Below, in pieces: positions 14,146-26,835 of a stretch of DNA of 64,000 bases. The position numbers and the translations under genes are program-made. Position 1 is the first letter of the stretch. Each line of letters begins with the position of its first letter. The notes below the pieces were generated by a model. The model ran no database searches. It was not told the origin of the DNA and saw nothing but the letters and a program-made list of their open reading frames with translations. This DNA is from Microbotryum violaceum (lineage: Eukaryota): contig CDLV01000013.1 of the NCBI GenBank assembly GCA_001244265.2, positions 868,001-932,000 on the forward strand, written 5' to 3'.

Positions 14146-15190
14146 TCACATGAACTTGCTGGCCATCCCCATCAAGCCACCCAATCCACCACTGTTCGCA
14201 CCCCCGATCGCGCCACTAGCCTGACTTTTGAGCAACAGTTGCAATGCCATCTTGCCGGCGGAGCCGACGGCATCTTGCTTGGATCCACCGTCGCCGGTGC
14301 CACCGTTCTGGTCGAACAATTTGGACGCCTCGGCCATGGCTTGCGAGATGAGTTGGGCTTGGAAGCCTCCTCCGCCACTGCTTTGTTGTTGGCCTTGGTT
14401 GCCCGAAGTGAATTTTTTCATCGCTTGCAGGGCAGCTGTGAGAAGTGGCGAGAGGAAGGTTTGTGTATGGGGGATCAGGGATAGGCCGACCGCGACGCGC
14501 GCGGGGAAAAGGAGAAGATTTTTCGTCAGAACAGAGCCCGAAGAGTCATCAATCCCCTTGAAACCCGATGTTGATCACTCACCAGCTGCACCTAATCCAT
14601 TGGTGCTCATGTTGGACGAGTCCTGATCGCCATAGGCCTGGGCATGGGCTTGTTGCGCCGCTTGCTCGTCGATGTCGTTATTCTCGTGTTGGCCCTGCTT
14701 GACGAAGTGCATCGCCTGTGCGAACATGCCTTCATCTTCGCCCGAGTGGCTCGAGGCGAGTGAAGCGATTTGGCTGAAGTCGACTGTAATAGAAAGAGAG
14801 GGGTTCAGGCGACGCGTGTCAGTGCATGTTGGGCATCGACTACGACGCGTCGCGCGGGCGCTTCAAGTGGGGCACAGCCTCGCCGCACTGGGCCGTTGAC
14901 ATCGACATTCCAGATGTGCAGGTGAGCGCCGCATGAGTGGGAAAACCAGAGGCAGGAGACGGAAATTTCCCCCACACCTGTCCACCACGACTACCGCAGA
15001 CCGGAAAGCTATACTTACATCCACCTCCGCCACCAGAATGGTTCTCTTGAGGGGGTCGGTTGTTGTCAGCACTGTTGAGCGCGGACGAGCCCTGGATGCC
15101 GAAGTCGCCTCCGCCCTGGCCCTGGTGCCCCTGTTGAGACGCCTCGTATTGATTGTACGCGCCTTGGGCCATGTTCATGATGTTATCCAT
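14146..15190 (-). CDS. Small Gly/Gln-rich protein resembling the basidiomycete 'beta-flanking' protein family
   Basis: MDNIMNMAQGAYNQY start; AAALQAMKKFTSG...LISQAMAEASKLFDQ...KQDAVGSAGKMALQLL...GLMGMASKFM end. Family recognised from memory. Confidence 0.7.
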
Positions 15191-15849
15191 AGTGAAGAGA
15201 GTGATGTGGGTGAAGGTTTGTGCGGTGGGTTGGATGAGATGAGATGAGATGAGGACGAGTTAAAGCAGCAAGAGCGGCCACGGCGATTCCGCCGATCTGA
15301 CGTGGCCACGCCGGAATTCAAATGAGCCGTGCAGTGGGCACCGGGGCGACCGCCGGCACCGCTCGATGCGACAATCGTGCATCAGCTGACTCTTCTTCCA
15401 GTTGAAGGGCCCGAGCTCCACACCGGAGTAAGCTGACGTGTCGTGCTCGAAATGGACGTTTTTTTGGTCCCGTGAAGAACGTGATGAAGATGAAGTCTCA
15501 CCTTTTATAGACAATCCGTGTACACCCGCGGTCTTCGCGGCTTTGGCCACTACGTACTACCTCTCGTCGAATTAAGCTGTGGGCACTGTGCTGACAGAAA
15601 ACCTCTAAAATCTCGCAGGACTACACAAACTAGTAACGAAAGTCAATCTATAAAACCAAAACCCTTTCATCACCATAACTCCACTGTATGTGCTACCTAG
15701 ACATGTCCTCCATCCTCTGAGAAAGTTGCTTTGAGTCGACCAGCACCTGTCGGAGAATTTGCGAACGATATGAACCACATAACGACTCTCCACCGACGCT
15801 CGTGAACACGATCGACTTCTTTCTTTCCTAGGAGGTCACTCACATCGCC

Positions 15850-17362
15850 TCAATTCCGAAGCGAGGAATCAAAGAGCGCGGCCCATGTGCGTGTGCGACC
15901 GCCCCAACTTCCCCTTCGCACTTTCTTCTCCGCACCCGCGCGCTCCAAGTTCCTCAAATAAACTTGCTCGTCCAACGACATCCTAGGAGACGAGGAGTTC
16001 CGTTCGAATGTGGTATGGTTGGGTAGACTGTACAAACTCGATTTGCGCCACTTGCTGGAAGAATCGGACTCTACCGATTCAATCGAGCTCGAGCTCGACC
16101 GTGACCTGCCATCGTATGAGAAAGTCGAGAGCGAAGACGACGAGGAGTTGCGTCCCTCTGAAAAAACGGACGATCCATCCCAAGTCTCGTCGTCAGAATC
16201 CTCTTCCTTCGTTGCTCCATCCAATAGCGTTTCCAGGTACTTGATCATCTCGTGTCCGCTTGAGGTCAGACTCCGAATCGCGTCGGAAGATGACCGGCGC
16301 ATGGAAGCGAAAGCTTTGATCCTCTTGCCCAAATTACTGAGACCGGAGCTCGTCGAAGTGGCTGACACCGCTGTGGCCACACTTGGCGTTCTATTCCGAC
16401 TCGAGGTGATGGATGGTGGCGGCGGAGCGTTAGATGATAGCGGAGGTTGGATGAAGCCGGATCGACGATGAGGCCGTGGTTTTGAGGAGATAAGCGACGT
16501 CGCAAGCTTTGACGGCTCGGAAAACGTGTGATCGAGCTCATAGGGGAGCGCTGGTTGCTGCGATCCCCTGGTCGACGGGAACGGAATCCGATGACGTACA
16601 TTCAAAGTCAGCTCCCGAGGCAGAGACTTGGAAGCCTTGTGGTCATGTGAAAATGGGTCTGCGACGGAAGCCGACATCCTCATCGCTGCGCCCGCACAAC
16701 ACGAGTAAGCTTTCCATCAGCCCAGCTCATATCCATAGGACACACATTGCCATTGACCCACCCTTTCTCGCCTTCTTGACACTCAAACAAATCGCCCATA
16801 ACCTCAATTCCCTCTCGCCCAACGACGCCCCGGACTCATGCTCACTAAAGCGATCCCCTTTGATCATCTGATTTCTCAACGTCTTCTCCGCCGTCGCTCG
16901 AGCAAGATGTTCGTACATCCTATACTCCTTACACTCCGGTTCAAAATCGGTGTACCATTCCGGTAAGAACAGGGGTTTAGAAACGACGCGATTGAGGAAC
17001 CGAATCGAGACGACCCCGCCGTTGGGGCATTTCGAGTCGAAGGATCTGGTTCGGACGTAGTGATGATGGTGGGGTCGAGGGTCCGAGGTATGGGAAGGAC
17101 GCTCGAAGGCTAAGGGTGAACGACGATAGGATTTACGAGTCCATTCGTAGGCTCGTGGGTGGGTAGGAGGTAGATACTGCCCCGTCGGGGATTGTCGCAA
17201 AGATGCCGGTGGGCGCGGGGCAATCCAGCCCGTGGTCGGACATGAGGATGGGGTTTTGCCGCCGACGGATGCGACTCGGAAAGGTGGTGACGGTGGCCGA
17301 GGTGGGACCGGAAGACTTGGATGTGGTAGAGGGAGGTAGGTCGGTAGATTATAGGACGGCAT
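15850..17362 (-). CDS. Hypothetical Pro/Ser-rich protein, two exons
   Basis: ORFs 16727-17362 and 15850-16683 join in frame (KKARK-AMRMSAS) via a GTGGGT...GCAG intron. No recognised domain. Confidence 0.55.
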
Positions 17363-18401
17363 GGTGGGATAGGGACCTCAAGGGTGGCGAAAGTGGCTCG
17401 GAGACGATTGCGTGCGACGGGTGGTGTGGTAGAGTGCGTCGCGAAGAAACGGAAGACAAGTCGAAGCAGGGAAGCTCAGAGCGGGTTAGGAGATGGACAA
17501 AGGCGAAGGCGAAAGACGTGGCAGGTAGCAAGATAGTGTCTAAAGGAATGATCAAATAAGGACAGAGGGAGTGGATGGGTGGGACAAGATTATGAGACGA
17601 TAGCGAGTGACGACGAACGGGACCGATCCCTCCTTTGATGAGGGCAGCCAGGGCAGGGGCCCACTCGATCTCCGCGCGCCGCACCTGTGCGGGCTAGCGA
17701 TGTCCTGAGGGAAGATCCAAGCCTGGCCAAGCTCGCAAGCAGGCGGGCGGAACAGAGCAACAAGTGAGCGTGGCGAGTGAGGACCAGTGCTGGAGAGTCG
17801 AAACCGTCCCAGTCCGTCCTAGTTGCTGCTAGTTAGGCGGCGGCGCGCGCGCGAGCGCGTAGATCTAAAACCCTCTCGCAGGAAAGGAGACACTGCAGCT
17901 CGTCACCGTCACCCGTTGCGGCTACGCTCGGGGACAAATCCCCCCTATCCGTACGACACGCCTCCCTGTTTTGGAAATCTTCGCAACGGGTTTTGCAATC
18001 ATACCCAGATCATCACCTTCAGAACAGACAAGTCCTTGATGTTTCCGGTCTGATGTTTTCCATCCCGATTCTTTCTCTTTAAACTGGCGCAGAGGGCAAA
18101 CCGGCCCTACGAGGATAGTCAAGGGCCGGGGCCGGGAGTTGGTGGTGACATCAGGGCCCTTAACAGCCGCGCGTCGGGCAGACGGTGCCTCGGGAAGCAA
18201 AAGTTGCTCGCCAGGAGGAGAGTGAAACAGTGATGTTCCGTCGGTCTGTTTTCCTCATCCTCATTATGACTCCTGTCTCTCTCGCGGTCGACGGTAATAT
18301 CCCGCATGCCTCCTGTATTGGACTCTGATTTGTTACACTGGCACCAAATAGTAGGCCGAGGCTAGCTGCCCGTCTTCGCTAGATTCACATGGTAGGAGGT
18401 T

Positions 18402-18840
18402 TTACAGGGCGCCGCGGCGGCTCTCGAGGTTCTTGACGATAAAGAGGGATGTGTCGAGGAATCGATCGACGCAGTTGACCAGACATGACTCTTCCCCTCT
18501 TGAGAAACGACCGCGGATCGAGCCCGTGATGCATCTGGGGATGAGTTGACAATGCCCGTTCAGTCTCGTGAGAGGGTTAGAGCTGCGCCGAGCCCAGTCA
18601 ATCACCACACCACTCACTTGTCCCAGCACATGTCGGTGAAGGTGTGGATCGAGGTTTGTAATCGAGCCTTGGTCTGTTCCTGCTCGAGGAAGGCTTGCAA
18701 TTCGCGCTGTTGCAGGTGCTCAAGTGAGGAGGTTCGTGAGCATCGTCACGGGGGGGCCATAAACGGGTGGGTGGTGTGTAAAGTACCTGAGTTGCGGCGT
18801 CGAACTGTTCAGTGGAAGCGGGTGCTTGAGGTGCGGACAT
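18402..18840 (-). CDS. TIM8: Small Tim mitochondrial intermembrane-space chaperone
   Basis: Spliced: ELQAFLEQEQTKARLQTSIHTFTDMCWDK-CITG...EESCLVNCVDRFLDTS; twin CX3C motif. Confidence 0.93.
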
Positions 18841-19054
18841 GGCGTACGTGTACGTGTACGTGTAGGTGTGTACGATGCGAGGTCCGGGGCGTGGAGGTGT
18901 TGCAGCTGAAAGCCGATTCGTGAGCATTGCTCGACTTGGCACGCGCTTGCGAAAGCAGTCGGCTTGGAGCTCTCGTTCCAATTCCAGCTCTCGCTCCTTA
19001 TCGACCAGCTCGCCTTTGACGACCCCCGCCTACAAGCAACCTCACAAGCTAGGC

Positions 19055-20138
19055 ATGTCGATCCGGTCCGTCACTACAGCAGTGTGGTCCTCACCCTTGG
19101 TTGCGTCGACAATAGGCGGTGGCAGCCCTCGTTCGTTCTCGTGCACGGCCTCGACCTCAGCCAAGAAAGTGCTGTCACCGCTGCACAAGACCTCGATCGA
19201 GCGAGCACGACGAGCCGAGAGGTTGAGTGGTGGAAGTGCGAGTGGGAGTCAGACGAATAGCATGATCCTGAAAGAGGCTGCTAGGACACTGCAGGTGAGC
19301 GTCATCCCAGCATCCTGATACATTCCAGTCGAGCTGATCCCGAGACTCCCATGTGCAGGCCTTATCGCCCACGACCCCGAATGCCGCTTTCGAAATCAAT
19401 ATCACCACCAAGCCTGTCGCGACCGTACAACTCAACGCCCTTCGAGGTCGAGTCTTTCTGCCCCACTCGTGCATGTCCGCGACCAAATCGACGCTGCTCG
19501 TCGTCTTCGCCTCGGGCCCCGCCGCCGCCGCCGCTCGTCAAGCAGGTGCCGACGTCGTAGGAGGCGAAGAGTTGATCCCCAAGATTCTCAATGGTGAACT
19601 GTCACCGGACAAACTCCTCACCACGTCCGAACTATTGCCGTTGATTCAAAGGAATCCGACGCTTGCAAGGATGCTCGGCCCCAAGGGTTTGATGCCTAGT
19701 GTTAAGCGTGGTACCGTCGTGGAGGACGTCGCAAAAGGTGTACAGGAGGCTCGTAACGGGTTGGATTGGAAAGGGGACTCGAAGGGTGTCGTCAGAGCAG
19801 GTACGACATGAAATCGATCCGAAAATGAGAGAATCCCGCAGGCACTAATAAGCTCTCAAACTTTTTTCACTCAGCCATCGGTAGACTGCACTTTAATGTC
19901 GAGAAGCTGCAAGACAACGTTCACACACTCTTGGCGTCCGTATCGGACATCTCATTGGGCGGTTCAGGTGCCGTCAAGGATTCGGCTGCAAGGGCAAAGC
20001 GACGTGAGTTTTTCAGTGAACTGTTTCGTTCCCACTCGCCGAGAGTTGTCCTGATCTCTCTCTTTCCGTTCAGCCGCCATCACAAGAGTGATGTTGTCAT
20101 CGACACAAGGCCCCGGTATCTTCTTGGCTGATGTCTGA
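19055..20138 (+). CDS. MRPL1: Mitochondrial ribosomal protein uL1m
   Basis: Presequence-like N-terminus; LRGRVFLPH, AGADVVGGEELI, LARMLGPKGLMPSVKRGTV; C-terminal ITRVMLSSTQGPGI. Confidence 0.92.
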
Positions 20139-20240
20139 TTGTTTTGGGTATGGAATTGTACGCCAAAGTGGTACGAAGTCCAGAGATTGTCCACCCCGTC
20201 CGACTCGAGAGCTCTACTCAGCCACCCCAGTTCCATCAAA

Positions 20241-21552
20241 TCAAAACTGTTCCCCAACCATCTTTTCACTCAGCTCCCACAACTTGGCGGCGTTCTCCTC
20301 CGACAGTGCGTACTCTTTGGCGACGTCGTTGGCGAGTTGGCAATCCTCGAGGTAGCCGCCATTTGACTCTAGGCGAGAGAAAGAGCTTGCCATGTCAGAG
20401 AGGGTATCATAAGGTTGTCAAATCGGTATGAAGTTCAAGCTTTACCTAGGATTTCGTCGTCGAATGCCGCAACGATATGCCTGCACCGAGTGTCGACACG
20501 ATGTCGGTCAGCCGCCGCCCCACATTTTGGGCAGATTATTTCAGCTAGCGGTGGCACTCACGTTGAAGTCCCTTGAGGGACGTGCTTGGACTCCGAGTTC
20601 CCTAGCTTTCTATTTCCGACTTCATCAATGATCACTGCCGACTTTTTGTGCTCCAACGACAAATCCCGAGTAAGATTCGTCATGATCCCACCTGGATGAA
20701 GTTAGAAGGTCGGCACATCCCATCGTTTCTTGAGCTCGACGCTATAGCATATTGGCCGTCTTGGCTTGGCCATACCCCAACCAAGGATCATACGCCTTTC
20801 CGTCCGGAAAACTTGATATCGTCGAACCGCACGGTACCGCAGACATGTCCCCTTGAAGAGACATTGACAATTCGGCACTTGCCCGCCAAACAAGGTCGGA
20901 TCAACCCCGTGAAGAGGAAATGACCCAAGTGACACGTCGCAAATTGCGCCTCGTAGCCATCGATGGTTTTGGTGTAGTGTTCCAAGCCCATGATACCGGC
21001 TTTATTGATGAGGACGTCGATGGTCTCTTTGTAAGCGAGATCCTCCTTGGAGGCTTCGCGGACGTTCGACAGCGAGGTGAGATCAATGATGAGCGGTCTC
21101 AAGGGAGCCGAAGGGGTTTCGGAGTGGATTTCCTTGATCGTTTTTTCGATACTAAATGAACATTTGAGAGTGAGCTGTGTAAGATGCGACAACCTGGAAA
21201 CCTCTCTGGGGGCTGGGTCCCTCGGATTCCGATCGAATCGTGTGGGGCTTCACTCTTCCGTTCGACGTACTTCGTTTTGGACCGACCGGCCAAGATGATG
21301 CGTTTGGGATTGTGTAACGCAATCGCCCTAGCTGCTTCGGCACCTGATCCACCCGGTGAACCTAGTAGACCATGATCGGAAAAGCTACCTTGGGCGGTCA
21401 GTGTGAGCCTCGCCAGATTGGTTGTCGCAGCTTCAAGTTGACTCGACCAAACTGACCGCCGGTGATGAGCACAACCTTGCCCTTGATCTGTCGCTGTAAT
21501 ACTCGGCCGCTTCCTGTGCGGTCGTCTTGTCACCAAAGTGGGATGGCGGCAT
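20241..21552 (-). pseudogene. Disabled short-chain dehydrogenase/reductase (retinol-DH/WWOX-like)
   Basis: IKGKVVLITG, GAEAARAIA, DVLINKAGIM, HLGHFLFT, RIVNVSS.GH, YGQAKTAN and LHPGGIMTNL are all present, but interrupted by at least three frameshifts and an in-frame TAA. Confidence 0.85.
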
Positions 21553-22068
21553 ATTGTTTGCGGTGTCATGACTGGGACACTAGGTGGGTCGTTGAGTGGG
21601 ACGACGAGCGGTGCCAAGCCTGCGTCAAGTCGGTGTGTTCTATACATGTGTGAGTTTTGTCTTCGGCATGCATATATGTGCGCGGTCTCAGGTCGTGACG
21701 TCGAATCTAGAGGTTTGACAGATTCTGATGCTTGCGAACGTGGCAGTGCGAAGTGACTGATGCAAAGCACTACTTTTCGGACTGCGAGTTCTCCATAACT
21801 CGAATATGTTGCATACGACCGTCGCCACGCTGCCGTCAGCTTGAAGGCGGTCCCTTTGAAAGCGGTCCGAGCTCATGGTCGTCGCCCCAAAATCGCCTTG
21901 CGCGCGCCTGTTGCTTGGCCGAGGCTGGACTGAAAGCCGACTTGTTCTTTCCCTTCCTCGACAGCAGCCACTGTCCACCACCCATCCAACCCCTTCCCCC
22001 CCCCCTCTGTCCAGCCAGCAGCACCTTGCCTCTTTTGGCCTCTTCGACCACCTGAACCCGGGCGGCGG

Positions 22069-25000
22069 ATGGCACCTTCGATGGGTGATGCGGCGTCGAC
22101 AACATCGATGCCCCCACCGACCGCTGGTACCACGACTACAACTGCCCACCCAACCTCGAAAGCAATAGCGGCCGGAGCGACACCAACGACGACGACAACG
22201 ACAACGACGACGGCCGTTCATGAGCAACCGCCCGAGGCACCGCACCCTCACGCCATGATGACGAGTGACGAGGTCGATGCTCTTGTTCATTCCTACCTCC
22301 AAGAGTCGGGTAAGTGACGGGGTCATGGCGAGTGGCGAGAGGGGCGAGGGGCGAGGGGACGTCCACCCCCGTTGGCGATGGGCCCCGTTCTGGGTGGATA
22401 TGGGCCTGGCGCGGGCTACATAGTATTGTGATGCCTGGCGGGCGGACGACCAAGGACGACCACGATCATGGGGACGCCAATCCGATGGTTGAATGTCACA
22501 CTCCCCGCTCGACGTGTTCAGCGAATTCTGGGAACATACATGATGGCATGTTGGGTCAGCCGTGTTGCGTTGCAGTGTAGGGACGGGGGCATCGGTCACG
22601 CCCTCCCTCCCCTCTTTGCCCGCCTGCTCGCTGCCCGCTGCCAGCCATTTGACGTTTCGAGCCAGCGCGAGCGCCAAAACAAAGCAGCCCCATGCCATCG
22701 TCGCTGTCGTTCCCAATCTCCGGCGCTCGAGCATCATGCCGACTCACCACATTATCAACATGAACTGACATAGCAATGCCTCTCGGCTCCCCGCAGGCTA
22801 CACTCACACCGCCTTCTCGCTCATGCACGAGTCGTCGCTCGCTGGTCCGACCTCGTCGTCGTCTTCGGCTTCGACCCCCATCAACGGACGCAAGAACGCC
22901 CTCAATGCAGTGCTCGACCACTCGATCCCGCCAGGTCATCTCGTACGGATACTGCAAAAGGGGCTACTCTACCTCGAAGCAGAGGCACGGTATCGAGGCG
23001 TCAGTTGAGCTCACCCGCTCCCAAGTGATCACTATACCAACGTCCCTCGACTCGCCAGCTGACTTTATCTTTACATCGTGCGGTCTTCATAGGACCCCAA
23101 GGAACTTTCACCGCGATTGATTGGGTACACGATCCCCAACACAATGCCGCTACCACCGTTACCCAGGGTCGTGCACAAGCAGCCATCGCCCACTTTACCC
23201 ACAGCGACAAGAACAGCTGCGAGCGCCGCCCAATCCACCTCAACGCCATCCACTTCTTCCGCTGTTCCACCCCAGCAACCGTCTGAACCCAGCGTAGCCG
23301 CAGCAGCACCTCGAGCGTCGACCCAAGCAACCTCTTCGAACAAGTCCGAAAAGGCCAAGGGCAAAGAGAAGGAGTTGAGCGCCAACTCGACATCCAATCT
23401 GAATGGCAAGCGAAAAGGATCAGACCGGGACTTTGTCAGCTCCGAGGTCGGCAAACGACCCAAGATGACCGCCAGCGACGGCTCCAAGCGAGGACCTAAA
23501 GCGAATGGCGCCCATGCCGATGATGCGATGGAGGTCGACGCGGCGTCACAGGCTGCTCCGACAACGAAGAAGAATGGTCATTCTGCCAGTTCGACATCTC
23601 GGTCCGTCTCTCCGAACGTGCAGAGGAAACCGAAATCGATCCAAACGAGTGCCGATGGCGTTGCCAATCCAAAAAAGCGACCCACATCAATGTCGAGCAG
23701 CGGGGCAGGGTCGGCCAGCGTCACGTCCACACCGACGAGTCCATCCGATACGACAGCACCATCCGACCGTAGGGCGTCATTGCCCGACGGGGAGAAGCGT
23801 AGTCATGCCGAGCTGGTCAAGATCAAGGCCGAAGATGGCAGAGCACTCGACGATTCAAACGACAAGAAGAAGAAGAAGCGGGGGGTTAAGCCTTCGAACG
23901 GGCCGCCGCATAAGCCTAGCTCGAGCGACTCGGCCGAAGTCTTCCCGACGGTCGACGCATCCAGAGCGTTGAAGTGGTCGGCGGAGAAGGGGCCTGTCAG
24001 GTTACTGCAGGGTCACACGATCGCGGTGAGTGCCTTGCGTGCTGGTTACCGTTAGCCGGAGGGTGCAAATGCTCATTCGAACCCCCTTACTCGAATCTTC
24101 TTGCAGAAAATCCAAGCTTGCACATGGAACCCCAAGGTGCCATCTCTTCTCGCCACGGGTGCCACGGATTCGACATGCCGGATATGGGACGTGCCTTCCA
24201 CACGAGCATCTGCGTCCTCGCAGCATCGAGACGTGCTCAAGGACAACATTACATTGAAGCATTCGTCGGCACAACGACGCGTCGACGTGGGCGCAATCGC
24301 CTGGGATCCCAGCGGGTCGTTGCTCGCTACAGGAAGTGAAGATGGCATCGCCCGGATCTGGACTGCTTCCGGTGATCTGCATCTCGTCCTGTCGATGCAT
24401 CAACGCGCAATCTTATCTTTGCAGTGGAACCGGCTTGGGACGATGCTTTTGACGGGGTCGATCGACGGTACCGTCTGCCTCTGGGAGATCAGCAGCGGCA
24501 AGGTCAAGCAGCAGTGGGCAACGCACGCCGATTCGGTGCTGCATCTCGACTGGAACGACGATCAAACTTTCGCCAGCGCCTCGTCGGACAAGACCATCCA
24601 CCTTTTCAATGTCGCACGCATCACACCCGTCTATCGCTTCAAAGGGCATCGCGATGACGTCAACTTTGTCAAGTTCTCGCCGTGTGGGACCTTGCTCGCT
24701 TCGGTGTCGGACGACTATTCGCTTCGTCTGTGGTCACTGCGCAACATTCCCGGGTTCCAAATCGAGGAATGCAAAGCCGCCATTGACCGCGACGAGGAAC
24801 GCCTCATCGACAGCGAGGACAATGGTGGTCAGCTCGTGCTCGATGGCCACACCGCCGATGTCCACGCTCTCGCATGGTCTCCTTCTGCGACCGCACGACC
24901 CCGGCTCGTCGCTTCGGCCTCGTTCGACAACACGGCTCGACTGTGGGACGCCGATGCGGGTGTCTGCTTGCACACGTTCGCGTTCCACTCGGACTGGCTT

Positions 25001-25273
25001 TATTCGATCGCCTTCTCTCCCAACGGCGCGTTTCTTGCGACCGGATCGAACGACGGCAAGTTGCTCGTGTGGCGCGTCAAGGATCGCTCTTTGCACCTCG
25101 AATACACGCACACGGGACCCGTTTACGAGCTCGCGTGGAAGGCCAATGGGAAACAGATTGCTGTGTGCGGCAAGTCGCACGACGTTGGCGTCATTGATTT
25201 CGACGAGAGCAAAGGTGGAGAAGGGGGAGCAGCTGCGGCTGGGAAGGATGCGAAGCTCTTAAGTTCGACTTGA
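22069..25273 (+). CDS. LisH + WD40 protein (TBL1/Sif2-like, Set3/HDAC complex)
   Basis: LisH MTSDEVDALVHSYLQESG-YTHTAFSL split by a roughly 490-nt intron; IPPGHLVRILQKGLLYLEAE; multiple WD repeats in 24101-25273. Confidence 0.9.
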
Positions 25274-26835
25274 GCCGTTGCGGTAACTCAGAATTGTCCA
25301 GGGTTGAAGCGAAGACGGGTGAAAGGGTTGACTTTGGTCGCACCATTTGCGTAGAAGACAAAATAGCCGGATTACTGAGTCCTGAAGAATACAAAGTCCG
25401 CTCGTTGTTGTTGTTGTCTTTTCTCTGTAACCATTCGCCGAGCTTTATGAATCGTTCTGAGGCTCCTGATGGTGGCCGCTCGGTTTGGCAGTGGATGGTG
25501 CGCAGCAGCGACCCGAGGTGCGGTGTCGGCAGACGCGTAATCAGATGGAGGTTGTTCGGCGATACGGGCAAAGAGGGTCCGTGGCGCGAGTTATTAGATT
25601 TCAACTTCCAAGTGGCTTGATCATCTCCTCGAATCACCGGAGTTTTTCGTTATGCTCTAAAGCTCTTTGCTCGCTGGCAATTTCTTGGCACGCTTGGATT
25701 TTGGGACCGACGCTTCCGATCACGGTCCCGTGATTCCGGGACACCGTCCGGACGCGGTCCGTTCGACATCGATAACCTCGTCTTGACAACAGACTCGCAA
25801 GCTCGAAGGGTTCACTACCAGACGTGACTGGAGCAATTTCGTGGGCGGTGACTTTTGTAGAAAAGTCACCTTGTAATTAATTGCAATCTCCCGGTGTTGC
25901 CTCCGGAGTTCCGAGTCGAGGACCCACTCTCCCGAAATAGGTAACCCCTGACAGTCTGCCAGGATCAACCGCAATCTTAGATACATACTCGCAGTGGGCA
26001 CAGGCCCCAGGGCATGTCGAAACTTGTAATCAGCCGCGCTCGTTCCCTGAGGTTCAGCACCTTACTGATTTTTTGTGCGTACGGAACTTGATCACCTTGC
26101 GTTGTGTTTTTGATCTCTTTCTCTTCTACCCCTCTCCCCCGTTTCACCTCTTGGCGACCGATACGCAGGAGCGACGGCCGACTTCGAACATAACCCTGGT
26201 AGCCTTTTCTGCGACCGGCCGAACTCGTACGTGCCCGAGCTCTCGGGGTCCTCGCGCGCCTGCGTCCGTTGTCTGCGTCAAACGCGGCACCTCGTGTGCC
26301 GGCTGAGGCGCCGGCTTGCCTCGTGCCCGTCTCATCGTCAGTCATCGTCCACGCGTCGGCGGATTCAAGCTCAGTCTGTGTCTCGACTCCGGCCTCGCCT
26401 CGTGCTCCCACCTGCGACTTAGTCGACTTCAGTGGCAATACCATCTCTCTACGAGTTCAGGACGACTTTTGAGGCTGTTGCGTGAGCTTCGCGAGAAGAA
26501 GTAGCGAGCTCGAACGCGCCCCGTGCGACCGACCCGTTCGTTACCCGCTCGCGCCCAGCACCAACCCGCCCGTGGTCAAAATCGCGACGATCTGCTCGCA
26601 CCGATCGGTCTACATCACCCGCATCGTCTGCTTCCACTGGGTCAAAGTCCCGCGGCACGGCTGTTTTGAACAGAGTACGAGTACGCAGGAGTAGGATCAC
26701 CCTTGGGACGCCTTCGTGTGCGAACTTGCCTAGAGGAAACACGCGAAGGCCAGTCACCCGATCGCGAGTCGCAGCAGCGAATCGCATCGCATCGCATCGC
26801 ATTTGCAGCTCCACGACCGTCCGACTCGGACCGAG

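Noticed and set aside
15850-17362. Orphan gene next to the beta-flanking gene as a homeodomain mating-type gene
   Set aside because: No WFxNxR-type helix-3 motif.
22310-22797. Long intron as a snoRNA host
   Set aside because: No convincing C/D or H/ACA box pair with a terminal stem.
25300-26450. Short ORFs between the WD40 gene and the Ser/Pro-rich gene
   Set aside because: No coherent exon chain or domain; treated as intergenic.
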